A stretch of DNA of 63,570 nt, filler included, from a bacterium (GTDB taxonomy: Bacteria > JAJRZV01): assembly GCA_024275095.1 (NCBI GenBank). It is 8 parts of 8 records of this genome, joined end to end, with 100 filler letters (N's around TTAATTAATTAA, not from the genome) between each part and the next. Parts side by side here need not be neighbours in the genome. Positions count along the whole stretch, not along the records: positions 31,585 to 51,095 come from JAJRZV010000014.1; positions 51,196 to 55,867 come from JAJRZV010000015.1; 6 more parts are not named here. One strand, 5' to 3'. The notes beneath the pieces were generated by a model. That model was given only the letters and a program-made list of their open reading frames with translations, did no database searches and was not told the DNA's origin. Numbering within the stretch: the first letter of the stretch is position 1; every line of letters begins with the position of its first letter. Below, piece by piece: positions 42,795 through 52,699 of this stretch. The translations under genes were made by a program, and so were the position numbers.

Positions 42795-43226
42795 GTGGGA
42801 GAAGGGATTGCACTGGCGCTTATAACTGCGGTACTGTGGGGTATTGTTCCCATCATGGAAAAGGTGGGGCTCGAGGTCAAAGCATCACCTTTTAATCTCG
42901 CAATTCTCAGAAGTATTACAGTGGGAATGTTCGCTCTGGTTCTTTCCTTCTTCAGTGGATTTTATTCAGAAATTCAAACAGTCCCTGTGAAAAAGGGGAT
43001 TCTCATTGCATCCAGCGGTATTATTGCAGGATTCATTGCAATGACAGTGTACTATTCAGCTCTTAAACGAATCGGTGCTTCCGTGGTTGTACCACTTGCG
43101 TCAACGTACCCTCTATTCGCTTTGATATTTTCTATTATCCTCCTGCACGAGAAAGTTACTTTCACGCGCGCTGCAGGAGCAGCGCTTGTAGTCACCGGAG
43201 TTATTCTCATCAGTAGTGGAAAATGA
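42795..43226 (+). CDS. EamA/DMT family transporter (single domain)
   Basis: Five TM helices; YYSALK..GASVVVPL...YPL; LHEKVT. Confidence 0.9.
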   Translation: MGEGIALALITAVLWGIVPIMEKVGLEVKASPFNLAILRSITVGMFALVLSFFSGFYSEIQTVPVKKGILIASSGIIAGFIAMTVYYSALKRIGASVVVPLASTYPLFALIFSIILLHEKVTFTRAAGAALVVTGVILISSGK

Positions 43227-43276
43227 CAAACTCTCTTGCCCTCTACTTATCAGTGGTGATACTCTTTTAGCGCGCC

Positions 43277-43948
43277 ATGAGGTTCCCTGTAAAATCATTG
43301 CTGGCCATTGTGTTAATCGCCTGTACTTCCGCATGCCTTACAATCGAAGAAGAAATATGGCTAAAACCTGATGGTAGCGGTCTGGCAAAAGTAAAATTCA
43401 TCATGCCGGTGAGTTTATTTGAGAACGAAAAGGTGAGGAGAGCCCTCTCGTATCAGATTCCCCTCACCCCGGAAAGACTCCGGCAAAAATTCAGTAAAAT
43501 GCCAGGAATTTCAGTAAAGAACGTGGATGAATACATAACCCCTCAAAAAATGCGGGTGATGGAGGCAGACCTTGCGTTTGATCACATCGGCCGTTTGAGT
43601 GACAAGGCCGTGATGTACCAGCTCACGGAATACCAGGATACCGTCACCCTTACCGTAACAATTACGCGGCAGCATAGGAAAGGTGCGGCAAGTCGACGCA
43701 AGAGGAAAATAAACATCGAAGAAATACTGGAGAAAAATTTTCAGAAATACCAGATTAAATTTCTCGTTCACTTTCCAACGCGTATCATCCAAATTGAAAA
43801 TTTCGAAAAAGCGGGGAAGCGGGATGCAAAATGGCATGTTTCTTTCAGCACGATCTTTAAAGACGGACCACCCATTAAAGGCAAAGTAACATATTACAAG
43901 GAGCCGAATTTATGGGAAAAATTAATAAATTACTTCCGCTTTCCATAA
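43277..43948 (+). CDS. Lipoprotein, LppM/DUF3153-like
   Basis: Lipobox TSAC followed by LTIEEEIWLKPDGSG. Confidence 0.6.
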   Translation: MRFPVKSLLAIVLIACTSACLTIEEEIWLKPDGSGLAKVKFIMPVSLFENEKVRRALSYQIPLTPERLRQKFSKMPGISVKNVDEYITPQKMRVMEADLAFDHIGRLSDKAVMYQLTEYQDTVTLTVTITRQHRKGAASRRKRKINIEEILEKNFQKYQIKFLVHFPTRIIQIENFEKAGKRDAKWHVSFSTIFKDGPPIKGKVTYYKEPNLWEKLINYFRFP

Positions 43949-45003
43949 TCCTTGGAATCTCCTTGGGAATCCACACTCAAAGTTGTGCATGGATGGACAA
44001 ACCTCAGAAGGGACGGGTAAAGATCCAGATGACTCTTTCCCATATCAATACAAACCGTTACTACGATGGAAACGGCGATCTTCACCACTCCCCTTACATA
44101 AATTTTGCAGAAACCCGAATCACTCTGGGTGTTGAATGCAACATTACCGCATTCTTTTCCCTGTTTGCCAAAGTGCCTTTTGTGCAGAGGACTGGTAGCA
44201 CGTACATACCGGTATACTTTGTCACGGACACAGGGGCAATCACCATGGACGAAATTAATCTCTCGGTGAGGGGGTCTGGACTTGGAGATGTAGAAGCAGG
44301 TGTCCACATTTACCTCGACAAATCAATCGCTGAATACCTGAAAGAAGGTCTCTTTATTCGTCCACATTTTTCTATCATCTACCCTACAGGCGACAGCACA
44401 GGAGAATACCCGCGTTCTCTCAATCCATTTCAGGATTCTGTAAAACTTCCCACAGGCACAGGACAGGCAGATTACAGGCTGGGAATACTCGTGGGCTTCA
44501 AGTGGAAAATATTAAGGCTTGTTTTCGATTACACTTACACCATCCGTACAGCCACGAAGGACCTTACAAACTGGATTGCATACCTCCTCCCGGATAGCAT
44601 CGACCCCGGCGACCGCATGGACTTCTTGCTCAAAGCTGACATATTCCTCCCGGAAGGCTTTATCGTGAATACAGGCATTCGACATTCATTGCTTCAGGGA
44701 TTTAATGTCAAAGGTACAGACCTTATCACCGGCCAATACCTGGACTACAACACAACTCATGCGGTGCTCACGTATGGATCCGCTGGCATCCGATACTCCC
44801 ATAATTCGAAAATTTCATTTGGAATTACGTTTCACTTTCCAATTACTGGCAAAAATTATCCCGAGGCTTCAGCCTACGCAACTTCCAAAGACCCTTACAG
44901 GGTTAACGAAGGGGTACGGGACTTTGACGGGTTGTACCTCACGATGAGAGATCCTGTGCTTCCGGGGTTCTACACGGTAGCAGATATTACGTATGAATAT
45001 TAA
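43912..45003 (+). CDS. Outer-membrane beta-barrel of the CopB/MetA-pathway 'transporter' type
   Basis: Signal peptide; KVPFV, SGLGDVEAG, .PTG, PTGTGQ.D, DPGD; terminal YEY. Confidence 0.6.
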   Translation: MGKINKLLPLSIILGISLGIHTQSCAWMDKPQKGRVKIQMTLSHINTNRYYDGNGDLHHSPYINFAETRITLGVECNITAFFSLFAKVPFVQRTGSTYIPVYFVTDTGAITMDEINLSVRGSGLGDVEAGVHIYLDKSIAEYLKEGLFIRPHFSIIYPTGDSTGEYPRSLNPFQDSVKLPTGTGQADYRLGILVGFKWKILRLVFDYTYTIRTATKDLTNWIAYLLPDSIDPGDRMDFLLKADIFLPEGFIVNTGIRHSLLQGFNVKGTDLITGQYLDYNTTHAVLTYGSAGIRYSHNSKISFGITFHFPITGKNYPEASAYATSKDPYRVNEGVRDFDGLYLTMRDPVLPGFYTVADITYEY

Positions 45004-47953
45004 CCGCCTCATAGGTGTTTCGATAGTCGCTCTTGTCTGCCCTTTTGTTGCAAGGGCGTTCAACGACACCGGCATACGATGGATGTACACCGAAACAACC
45101 CACTTCAACATCGTGTATCATTCCGAATCAGCACACACAGCCTCTGAAGTCGCTTCCAAATGCGAAACATTTTATGCAAACATCGCCAGTTTCTTCGGCA
45201 TAAAGCCGCCACCCTGGAAAATCACCATTGTGGTAAAAGGCAAAGACGACATTGCCAATGGGTTCGCACTCTATAATTACGACCTTATCCAGTTGTGGAC
45301 GGTCAATCTGCATTATCCCATTCGTGACAAACATCGCTGGATAGACAACGTTCTTTATCACGAACTCACACACATCTTTCAGGAAAAGCTTTCCAGTGCC
45401 ACAGATCCATCCTTTCCTGCCATTATCGTAAATGCCGGGCTGGCAATAACACGCACTCGTGCACTCAAAGATTTTTCTCTAATAGACCCGGTGTTTCAGG
45501 CTGGTGGAGTCATCATCTATCCCACAGCACAGGCTCCTTCATGGTTTGTTGAGGGTGTTGCCCAGTACGTAGCATCCCGTTTCGGAAATGAATCTTATGA
45601 CTCCATTCGAGAAATGATTATGCGAACACTTGTGCTGGAAGAGAAATTTCCTCTGCCCGGGGAACTTCTCAACTTCAGGGGCAAACGCGGAATTAAATCC
45701 GAAATTGTCTATAACGCGGGATTCAGTCTTTCACGCTACATCGCTGACAACTTTGGGAACGATGCTCTTGCTTCTATTGCTGTGAAAGCATCCGCATTTC
45801 CAGGTGCTTTCGAACAGGCTGTTAAGAAAACTTTGGGAATTTCATACCGCGAGCTTTACTCACGCTGGCGCTCCCATGTGGAAGAATATGTATACAGGGT
45901 CACAGCAAGTATTAAAAACCCGGATGTAGAAAAACCGTTCATCTCCAAAGACCGCGGGATTCAAATGCTACCGCGTATAACACACAGCGGCCTGTATTAC
46001 CTCAGTTACTCTCCTTCCCGCGGCAAATCGCGTATTATGCTACTCACTCGGGACGCAAAAACTCCTCGTGTGATCGTTTCAAATGTAGGTGGCGGCTTTG
46101 ACGTGGATGCATACGCCAACTTCATTGTGTACGTAAAAAGAAAACTGAACATGAAAAATCATATTGTAAAAAGTATTTATGTAATGGATTTAACAACAGG
46201 TAAAACACATCCCCTGGTGTAAAAAGAAGGATTGGGAGAACCTGCTGTTTCTCCTGACGGAAAATACGTTGCAGCCGTAGCATGGGGTGACTCTTCAACC
46301 TGGTTGGAACTATACACCATGGATGGTGAATTCATCCGTCAGATCACCACATCTTATGGAATAGAAATCCACAACCCGACATTTTCTCCGGACGGAAAAT
46401 TTATTGCTTTCGAAATATTCGATGGAGAGCAACTGGATATTGGATGGACCAGCATATCCGGCGGGCCCATCTCAGTGTTAAAACTGACCCACAGTAACGA
46501 GCGCTTCCCTTCATTCATCAGTAACGACGCAATCTTCTTCTCATCAAACCAGAACAACATTTACAACATTTTCGCCGTTCAGATAACCACACAAACTGTC
46601 TCTCAGCTAACCAACACGCTGAAAGGCAACATGACGGTCGACTATGATCCTGTTACGCATACTTTATATTACGGGTGTTTTACCTCCTCAGGCTTCAAAC
46701 TGTGTCGGAGGAAATACCCAGTACTTACATTCCAGAACTCGGTGACAGATGTACGTATAACCGCTGCAAAGCTTTCCAAGTCCCAGATTCCCTTCTCACT
46801 CATCAGTAACGGTTTGCCCTACAAATTTATTCCATCAAGAGCAAACGTGTATCCGGTACTGAGTGCTATGGATTACCAGTTCGTGGCAGGAGCACAGTTC
46901 ACCTTTTCCGATCAGCTTTTTAAACATAATTTTTCATTTGCGGGTTTTTTAGGAACACGCGGATTTCAGTGGTTAAGCTTTCTTTACGTAAACCGCCAGC
47001 TTCCTGTCAACATTTTCGCAACAGCAGACCGCCTTAAATATCTTTTGGAAGAGAGTTTTTCGGTCAGTGGACTGACTTTTTCAAATATGCTCATAAGCGA
47101 TAGAGTGGGAGTCGGTGTTACAGCAAATGCAGGTGAACATGTGGCAGGTTCAATATCTTACTTTTATAATCATGCGAAGCTCATCTCACCACTTATGGAA
47201 TTTTCCCTGATAAAAGCTTATTCCGCCACACCTTCGGGTGAAATATACGAGCTTCACTCGATCCCCTTGAACTTGACTTTCCGCTGGCGTCATCCGGTGA
47301 ATCTCAAAATCTATTTTCGGGTATCCGGTCACTTCAACCGCAGCCTTTCTTACATGGACTATTATTACAACACAGGAGATTATTCATTTGTGAAAACGCG
47401 GCTTATAATTACAGGAACACACAAATTATACAAAGGGCTCAAACTCGGGTGGACACTGGCGGGTGGGCTAATCTCACGCAATGTAGATCCATTACACGAA
47501 TTTTTCCTCGGGGGTTTTTATTATCCTCTCTTCTTCGGCTTCTACGGAGATGTATACATGCCCGGTTATCCTTATCTCTCAATACATGGCGAATATCTGT
47601 ACTTCAACAGGATTCTTATGCCATACACCAAAGGAGTACGAACGCGGGCGATACTGGGCAATCATCTCACATTTCACGGACTGTCCGTATACGGCTTTGT
47701 AGACGTTGGTAATGCATTCTCTCGAAAAAAGTGGTTCACGGAAGATGAATACACGCGGTGGAACGAGATTTGCACCGATGCAGGAGTCGGCATGAGATTA
47801 AAACTGAACATTTTCTACAACGTCCCTTTTGACCTTTTCGTCATGGTTGCATATCCTTTCAATAACATACCGGTAAAGAACGAAAATGGAGAAGTATACA
47901 AGACCAGAGGAAAGGTAAAAACGTACTTTCTTCTGGGCTGGTCGTCGTTGTAA
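44993..47953 (+). pseudogene. Second gluzincin + TolB-propeller + barrel protein, interrupted by one in-frame TAA (46220-46222)
   Basis: ORFs 44993-46222 and 46232-47953 share a frame. HELTH..EGVA is in part 1; the propeller repeats (PAVSPDG, PTFSPDG) continue across the stop; combined ~985 codons, like the 949-aa paralog. Confidence 0.75.
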
Positions 47954-47979
47954 ACACCGGCGGGGAGGTCTGAAAAGGG

Positions 47980-49371
47980 ATGTTTGAGCAGAAAACCATT
48001 GAAAATACGGTGATAGAAAATGAAGTAATTGAGGGACTTTCGCTCGAAAATAAAGTGTTTGAACGCGTAACATTCCGGAGTACTGTTTTTCGAAACGTGA
48101 AAATCCATAACACCCGCTTCGTCAGGTGTAACTTCATCAATGTACAATTCCTTACAGTGGAAGGGACGTACATGGACATGGCAAATAGTTCCTTTCAATC
48201 TTCCAGTGTCGAAAATTCAACGTTTAAAAACTTCCGGGCAACAGGACTCCACGTCGAAAACTTCACCATCAAAGAAAGCACTTTCTATCATTTTTCCGTA
48301 TCCGGCTCATTCGTGCGATTAAAACTGACCAAATCACATGCAGAAAGCATCCAGATCGAGCCACTTAAAATCTCCGGGGCCGATGTTCTCTCCTGTAGTA
48401 TTGTTGGTGCCTTTATACGGGACATAGAAATGCAAAACTTCTCAATGCAGGATACCGACCTTTCGGATATAGACTTCGCAAATGTGAAAATAGAATCATC
48501 AGGATTTAAAAATGTCAGATTTTCAGGCATATCCGTAGAAAAAGCCATACTCAATGAAATTAATCTCAGCGAAAGTTCCTTATCTGGAATATCAATTTAC
48601 GATTTTGTTATGGCGGCAGCACTTATTAAAAACACCACTGTTAAAGAGTGCGAAGGTACCAGGTGGTCAATTAACAACTCAAATATGACGGGATTATCTG
48701 TATTTAACAGTAGCATATCGCTCCTGTCCCTTCGTAAAACCACAACGAGCAAGTGCCGAATGGAAAATCTCTCTTTTAATTCGGCACAGGTAGAAAACTG
48801 TATCTTCAGAGACTGTTCTCTCATTTCCGTAGAATGGACTTACTCGCATTTAAAAAACACGTCGTTCCCGGGTTCTGTATTCGAAAGAGTCAATTTATCA
48901 ACTTCAATCCTTGAAAACAGCGACATCTCCAAAATTTCATCACGTGAGTCCATATTTCCCCCCATCACCTCAGGGCAAAGTCAATGTCCAGCATGTGGAA
49001 GTTCCTTGAATACAGAAACAGGAACGTGCGAAAAATGCGGTAAACAATGGGCCCAAAAAAAACTTCGCATTTATTCAGGAACAGCGTCTATATTCTCTTT
49101 CACTCTCGCACTGCTTTCAGGTCCTTTTATGTTCGCGCTGGCGTTTGTTCTTAAACGTGCTGGAATGGAAACCATCTGGCCATTATTAATTATGTCTTCG
49201 GTGCCCCTTACAGTGCTTTCACTTTTTGGTTAACTTTATGCCATAGTGAGAAGCGTTTTATCTCGTGCTTCAGTGCGGGGGGTTTATGCGTATCTCGGCT
49301 TTGTCATCAGTGTTGCCAACCTCGCCTGCCTTTTTCTCTTGCTCCAGGCAGTGATGAGGCGATGGCTTTAA
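47980..49371 (+). CDS. Pentapeptide-repeat beta-helix + zinc ribbon + C-terminal TM helices; in-frame TAA at 49231-49233
   Basis: About 320 aa of 5-residue periodicity; CPACG..CEKCG; 45 more codons incl. a TM helix after the TAA, ending over the next gene's start. Confidence 0.7.
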
Positions 49372-50789
49372 CAGCGAAAATCATTGGTCCATCTGGCGAA
49401 CGTGAAGTAAAGATAACCTCGTTTCCGTGTACATTCGGGCGTTCAAGTACATGCGATGTAATTCTCCGTGACCCGGCGGTATCAAAAAAGCACTTCAGAA
49501 TCTACCGAGAAGGTGGTCGTTTCTTTGTCGAGGATCTCGGGAGTTCCAACGGTACTCTAATTCACGGCAAACGAATTACACAAGTACCTTTACAGGATGG
49601 CACTCGTATTCGTGCTGGCAAAACTGAAATCATTGTTTCATATCGCAAAACAACCACCACTCACCGTGACGGAGAAATCACAAGGTTGTTCTCCTCATTT
49701 TTTCAGGTTGCCAAGCTACTGCTGGTAAATATAGAAGAGAAGTATGTGTTTAAAGCGGTTCTCGAAGACATGCTAACGCTATTCAATATAGACCGCATTG
49801 CACTCTATCTGGACCAGGAAGGAATTTTCCAGAAGGTGGCGGAACAAAGCATAGATGCAACCCTTGTCCACGGCTGCGAACCGCCTGTCGAGCTTATCAA
49901 AGAAGAAGCTTCACGAGGCGAGGGAATACAATGGTTAGATTCGGAGCAACTGCCTTTTGATGTGGTTTCAGCATGCGTGGTTCCTGTAAGCGAATCGCTG
50001 GATGTACTTGGTGCCTTTTATATGGACACATTCTCTGCGCCCTTGCGACTGGATGAACGTGAAGGCTTTCTACTCACAGGGATTGCCGGATTGCTTGGTG
50101 TGCACTTGAAAGCTCGCCATCTTGAAAACAAGCTGGAAGAAGAACGTATGTTTCGCGACAGTCTTTCGCGCTTTGTTCCCCCCGATGCCCTGGAAACCAT
50201 CATCGGTGACAGGGAAAAGTTGATGCAATTAACAAATCGTCTGGAGCGCCAAAACGTCACATCCATGTTCGTGGATATCGTGTCCTTCTCAAGCATGTCT
50301 GAACGCCTCTCCAGCGAAGAGACAGCATTTGTAGTCAACGAGTTTATGAGCCGTGTCACATCGTGTGTGTTTAACCATGGAGGATCAGTAAACAAATACA
50401 TCGGTGATGCTGTGTTTGCATTGTTCGGTACCCCCATCCCGAGAGGAGACGAGGAAAAAAGAGCCATTGCGTGTGCTCAGGAAATTATCCATCAAATGGA
50501 CCTCATTCGTGTCCCAGGACTCCAGGAAACACTTCAGGTGCGCATCGGCATCAATACCGGCCCGTGTGTAGTTGGATTCATCGGGCCTGCCCAGCGACTC
50601 GAATATACAGCCATAGGCGATGCTGTCAACGTAGCAGCACGACTGCAAACTCTCGCCAAACCCAACCAGATTCTCGTGGGAGAGGCTACCTACCGCATGG
50701 CCGGTGAGGCCTTCAAATTCAAACTTGTGGGACAGCTCAAGCTCAAGGGAAAAACCGAACCTGTCGGAGTATACGCTGTAATCGGTTAA
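49362..50789 (+). CDS. FHA + GAF + class III adenylate cyclase
   Basis: FGR..VSKKH..DLGSSNGT (FHA); FVDIVSFS, NKYIGDA, YTAIGDAVNVAARL (ATP-specifying K/T). Confidence 0.92.
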   Translation: MALTAKIIGPSGEREVKITSFPCTFGRSSTCDVILRDPAVSKKHFRIYREGGRFFVEDLGSSNGTLIHGKRITQVPLQDGTRIRAGKTEIIVSYRKTTTTHRDGEITRLFSSFFQVAKLLLVNIEEKYVFKAVLEDMLTLFNIDRIALYLDQEGIFQKVAEQSIDATLVHGCEPPVELIKEEASRGEGIQWLDSEQLPFDVVSACVVPVSESLDVLGAFYMDTFSAPLRLDEREGFLLTGIAGLLGVHLKARHLENKLEEERMFRDSLSRFVPPDALETIIGDREKLMQLTNRLERQNVTSMFVDIVSFSSMSERLSSEETAFVVNEFMSRVTSCVFNHGGSVNKYIGDAVFALFGTPIPRGDEEKRAIACAQEIIHQMDLIRVPGLQETLQVRIGINTGPCVVGFIGPAQRLEYTAIGDAVNVAARLQTLAKPNQILVGEATYRMAGEAFKFKLVGQLKLKGKTEPVGVYAVIG

Positions 50790-50800
50790 TCAAATATCCA

Positions 50801-51095
50801 TAGTGTTTCTCCAATTGTGTCTCAAAATATTTAATCATCATACAACCTCCCGGGCAAGAGAATGAAAAGTATCAGAAAATACAAATTCAAAGCCCGGAAG
50901 TTTCCTCTTTGAGATTTTCTCACCCCATCCAGGAATATGAGGAAGAGGATTTTATCAGCATTTTCTTCATCAGGGAGGATTTCCATCACCTTAAGCCTGC
51001 GTTTTACTTCTTCGAACAGTCTTTGGGGCTCATTAGTGGTGTAGATGAATCTCCTTATCTCAAGGGGAAATTCAAAAAATCTCAAAAGATCATCA
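50801..51095 (-). mobile_element. IS256-family transposase 3' remnant with probable right end
   Basis: IRRFIYTTN...RL..EVKRR.KV...LP motif; apparent frameshift before KRKLPGF; minus-strand end GACACAATTGGAGAAACACTA. Confidence 0.75.
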
Positions 51096-51195
51096 NNNNN
51101 NNNNNNNNNNNNNNNNNNNNNNNNNNNNNNNNNNNNNNNTTAATTAATTAANNNNNNNNNNNNNNNNNNNNNNNNNNNNNNNNNNNNNNNNNNNN
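51096..51195. other. Artificial contig linker
   Basis: N-run/TTAATTAATTAA/N-run. Confidence 0.99.
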
Positions 51196-51269
51196 GCGCC
51201 CGTGGCTCAACAGGATAGAGCAGCGGACTTCTAATCCGCGGGTTGGGGGTTCGAGTCCCTCCGGGCGCG
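51196..51269 (+). tRNA. tRNA-Arg(TCT), CCA not encoded
   Basis: GCGCCCG/CGGGCGC acceptor; GCGGA-CTTCTAA-TCCGC anticodon arm; GGTTCGAGTCC. Confidence 0.96.
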
Positions 51270-51480
51270 CGGTGAAATGCGTTTCGGAGAGGTAAGGGCG
51301 GTTTTTTCAGGCACTTCCGGATATGAACCCCCAATGCGTATAGCAAGTGGTGAGCGGAGCGAACATTTCCAAAAAGAGCGAGCAAAAAGCATCAAAGAGA
51401 GAGGGTGTTTTTTTCAGTGCTTCAAGGTAATTCAGAGGAGAATTTTAACTCGCGTGAGGGTTCGAGTCCCTCCGGGCGCG
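51270..51480 (+). repeat. tRNA-linked module ending in a 23-bp direct duplicate of the tRNA-Arg(TCT) 3' end
   Basis: 51458-51480 = 51247-51269; 51325-51334 is the reverse complement of 51243-51252. Confidence 0.85.
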
Positions 51481-51694
51481 ATGGGGTTAAACGGTAAGGT
51501 TACAAACACTGAAACCGGTAAGAGAACGGTACTGCGACCCCCCAATGGCGCCGGCCAGGAGATATTGAAAAATATCCTGGTTAACATGCGTTTGCCAGTG
51601 CATTGTTTACATGTTCATGCACAGTGCAGAAAACTTTTTGCCTCACACTTAAAAGTGCCTCGGGCATACTCCTCCCCGGTTTGTTCATAACTTA

Positions 51695-52699
51695 ATGAAT
51701 AAAATGTTTTTGGAAGTATCTGCGAACATCTGCTACCATATTCGAGAATTGAAAGACAATTCTCCCAAATTGACAATTCTTCTGTTCCTGGCCTTGGCGG
51801 TTTTGTTGTATGGATGTGGAGAAGCACCTGTTACAGACGAAATTGTATGCGTCACGAGCACGGGAGAAATTATTCCTGGAAGAACCTTTCGTTTTCTGCC
51901 CTCGCTCATCTACTATCAGGAAGGTGATGTAACCCTTCGAGGAGATCTCTATCTGCCTGCAAGTGGCAGTAGTCCCCCTTATCCAGCGGTGGTGTTCAAC
52001 CACGGCGGTGCATGGATGCTCGGCTCACGCAGATTTTTCAATTCTCAATATCTTGGCGAGCACCTGGCGTGTCGGGGATATGCTTTCTTTGACGTGGATT
52101 ACAGACTTGCTCCTTCCATTAAATTCCCCCAGGACATCCGGGATGTCAAGTGTGCCATTCGCTGGCTCAGAGGTAACGCGGATAAGTATCACATTGACAG
52201 GACCAGGTTTATCTCGATGGGCGGTTCTGCAGGTGGTCATATTACAGCTATGATTGCGACAACTCCCAACGAGCCGTTTTTTCAGCCCACATGTGACGTG
52301 TTTCCAGAAGAAAGTATTGAAGTCCAGGCAGCCATTCCATTTTACGGGGTTTTCAACTGGGTCGATTTTTACGAGCCTTACGGAAAATTTCTTGATGCTG
52401 GAAAGATTTATTTTGGCGAGGAACCTCCATCTGAAGAAACACTGAGGCGAGCCTCTCCCCTCACTTATGTAAACGAGACGAATGCGCATTTTCTTATTAT
52501 CCACGGTACGGAAGATATTGGAGTTCCCATTACTCAGGCAATTGAGTTTCACGAGGCACTAATCAATGCGGGAAAGGACAGCACGCTTGTTGTGATCGAG
52601 GGTGCTACGCACGGTTTTGACGGAGCGATCTGGTCGGATTTCAGCGGGGCAGCGGAAAAGGCCATTGACGAATTTTTGGCGAGGCTCTTTGGAAGATGA
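51695..52699 (+). CDS. Alpha/beta hydrolase (HSL/BD-FAE-like esterase), probable lipoprotein; start uncertain
   Basis: HGGAW, VDYRLAP, GGSAGG, HGTED, HGF; lipobox LLYGC. Confidence 0.88.
   Translation: MNKMFLEVSANICYHIRELKDNSPKLTILLFLALAVLLYGCGEAPVTDEIVCVTSTGEIIPGRTFRFLPSLIYYQEGDVTLRGDLYLPASGSSPPYPAVVFNHGGAWMLGSRRFFNSQYLGEHLACRGYAFFDVDYRLAPSIKFPQDIRDVKCAIRWLRGNADKYHIDRTRFISMGGSAGGHITAMIATTPNEPFFQPTCDVFPEESIEVQAAIPFYGVFNWVDFYEPYGKFLDAGKIYFGEEPPSEETLRRASPLTYVNETNAHFLIIHGTEDIGVPITQAIEFHEALINAGKDSTLVVIEGATHGFDGAIWSDFSGAAEKAIDEFLARLFGR

Noticed and set aside
9759-49233. Genome-wide stop-codon reassignment suggested by three in-frame stops
   Set aside because: They involve two different codons (TGA, TAA), and both end many conserved genes here at the expected positions.
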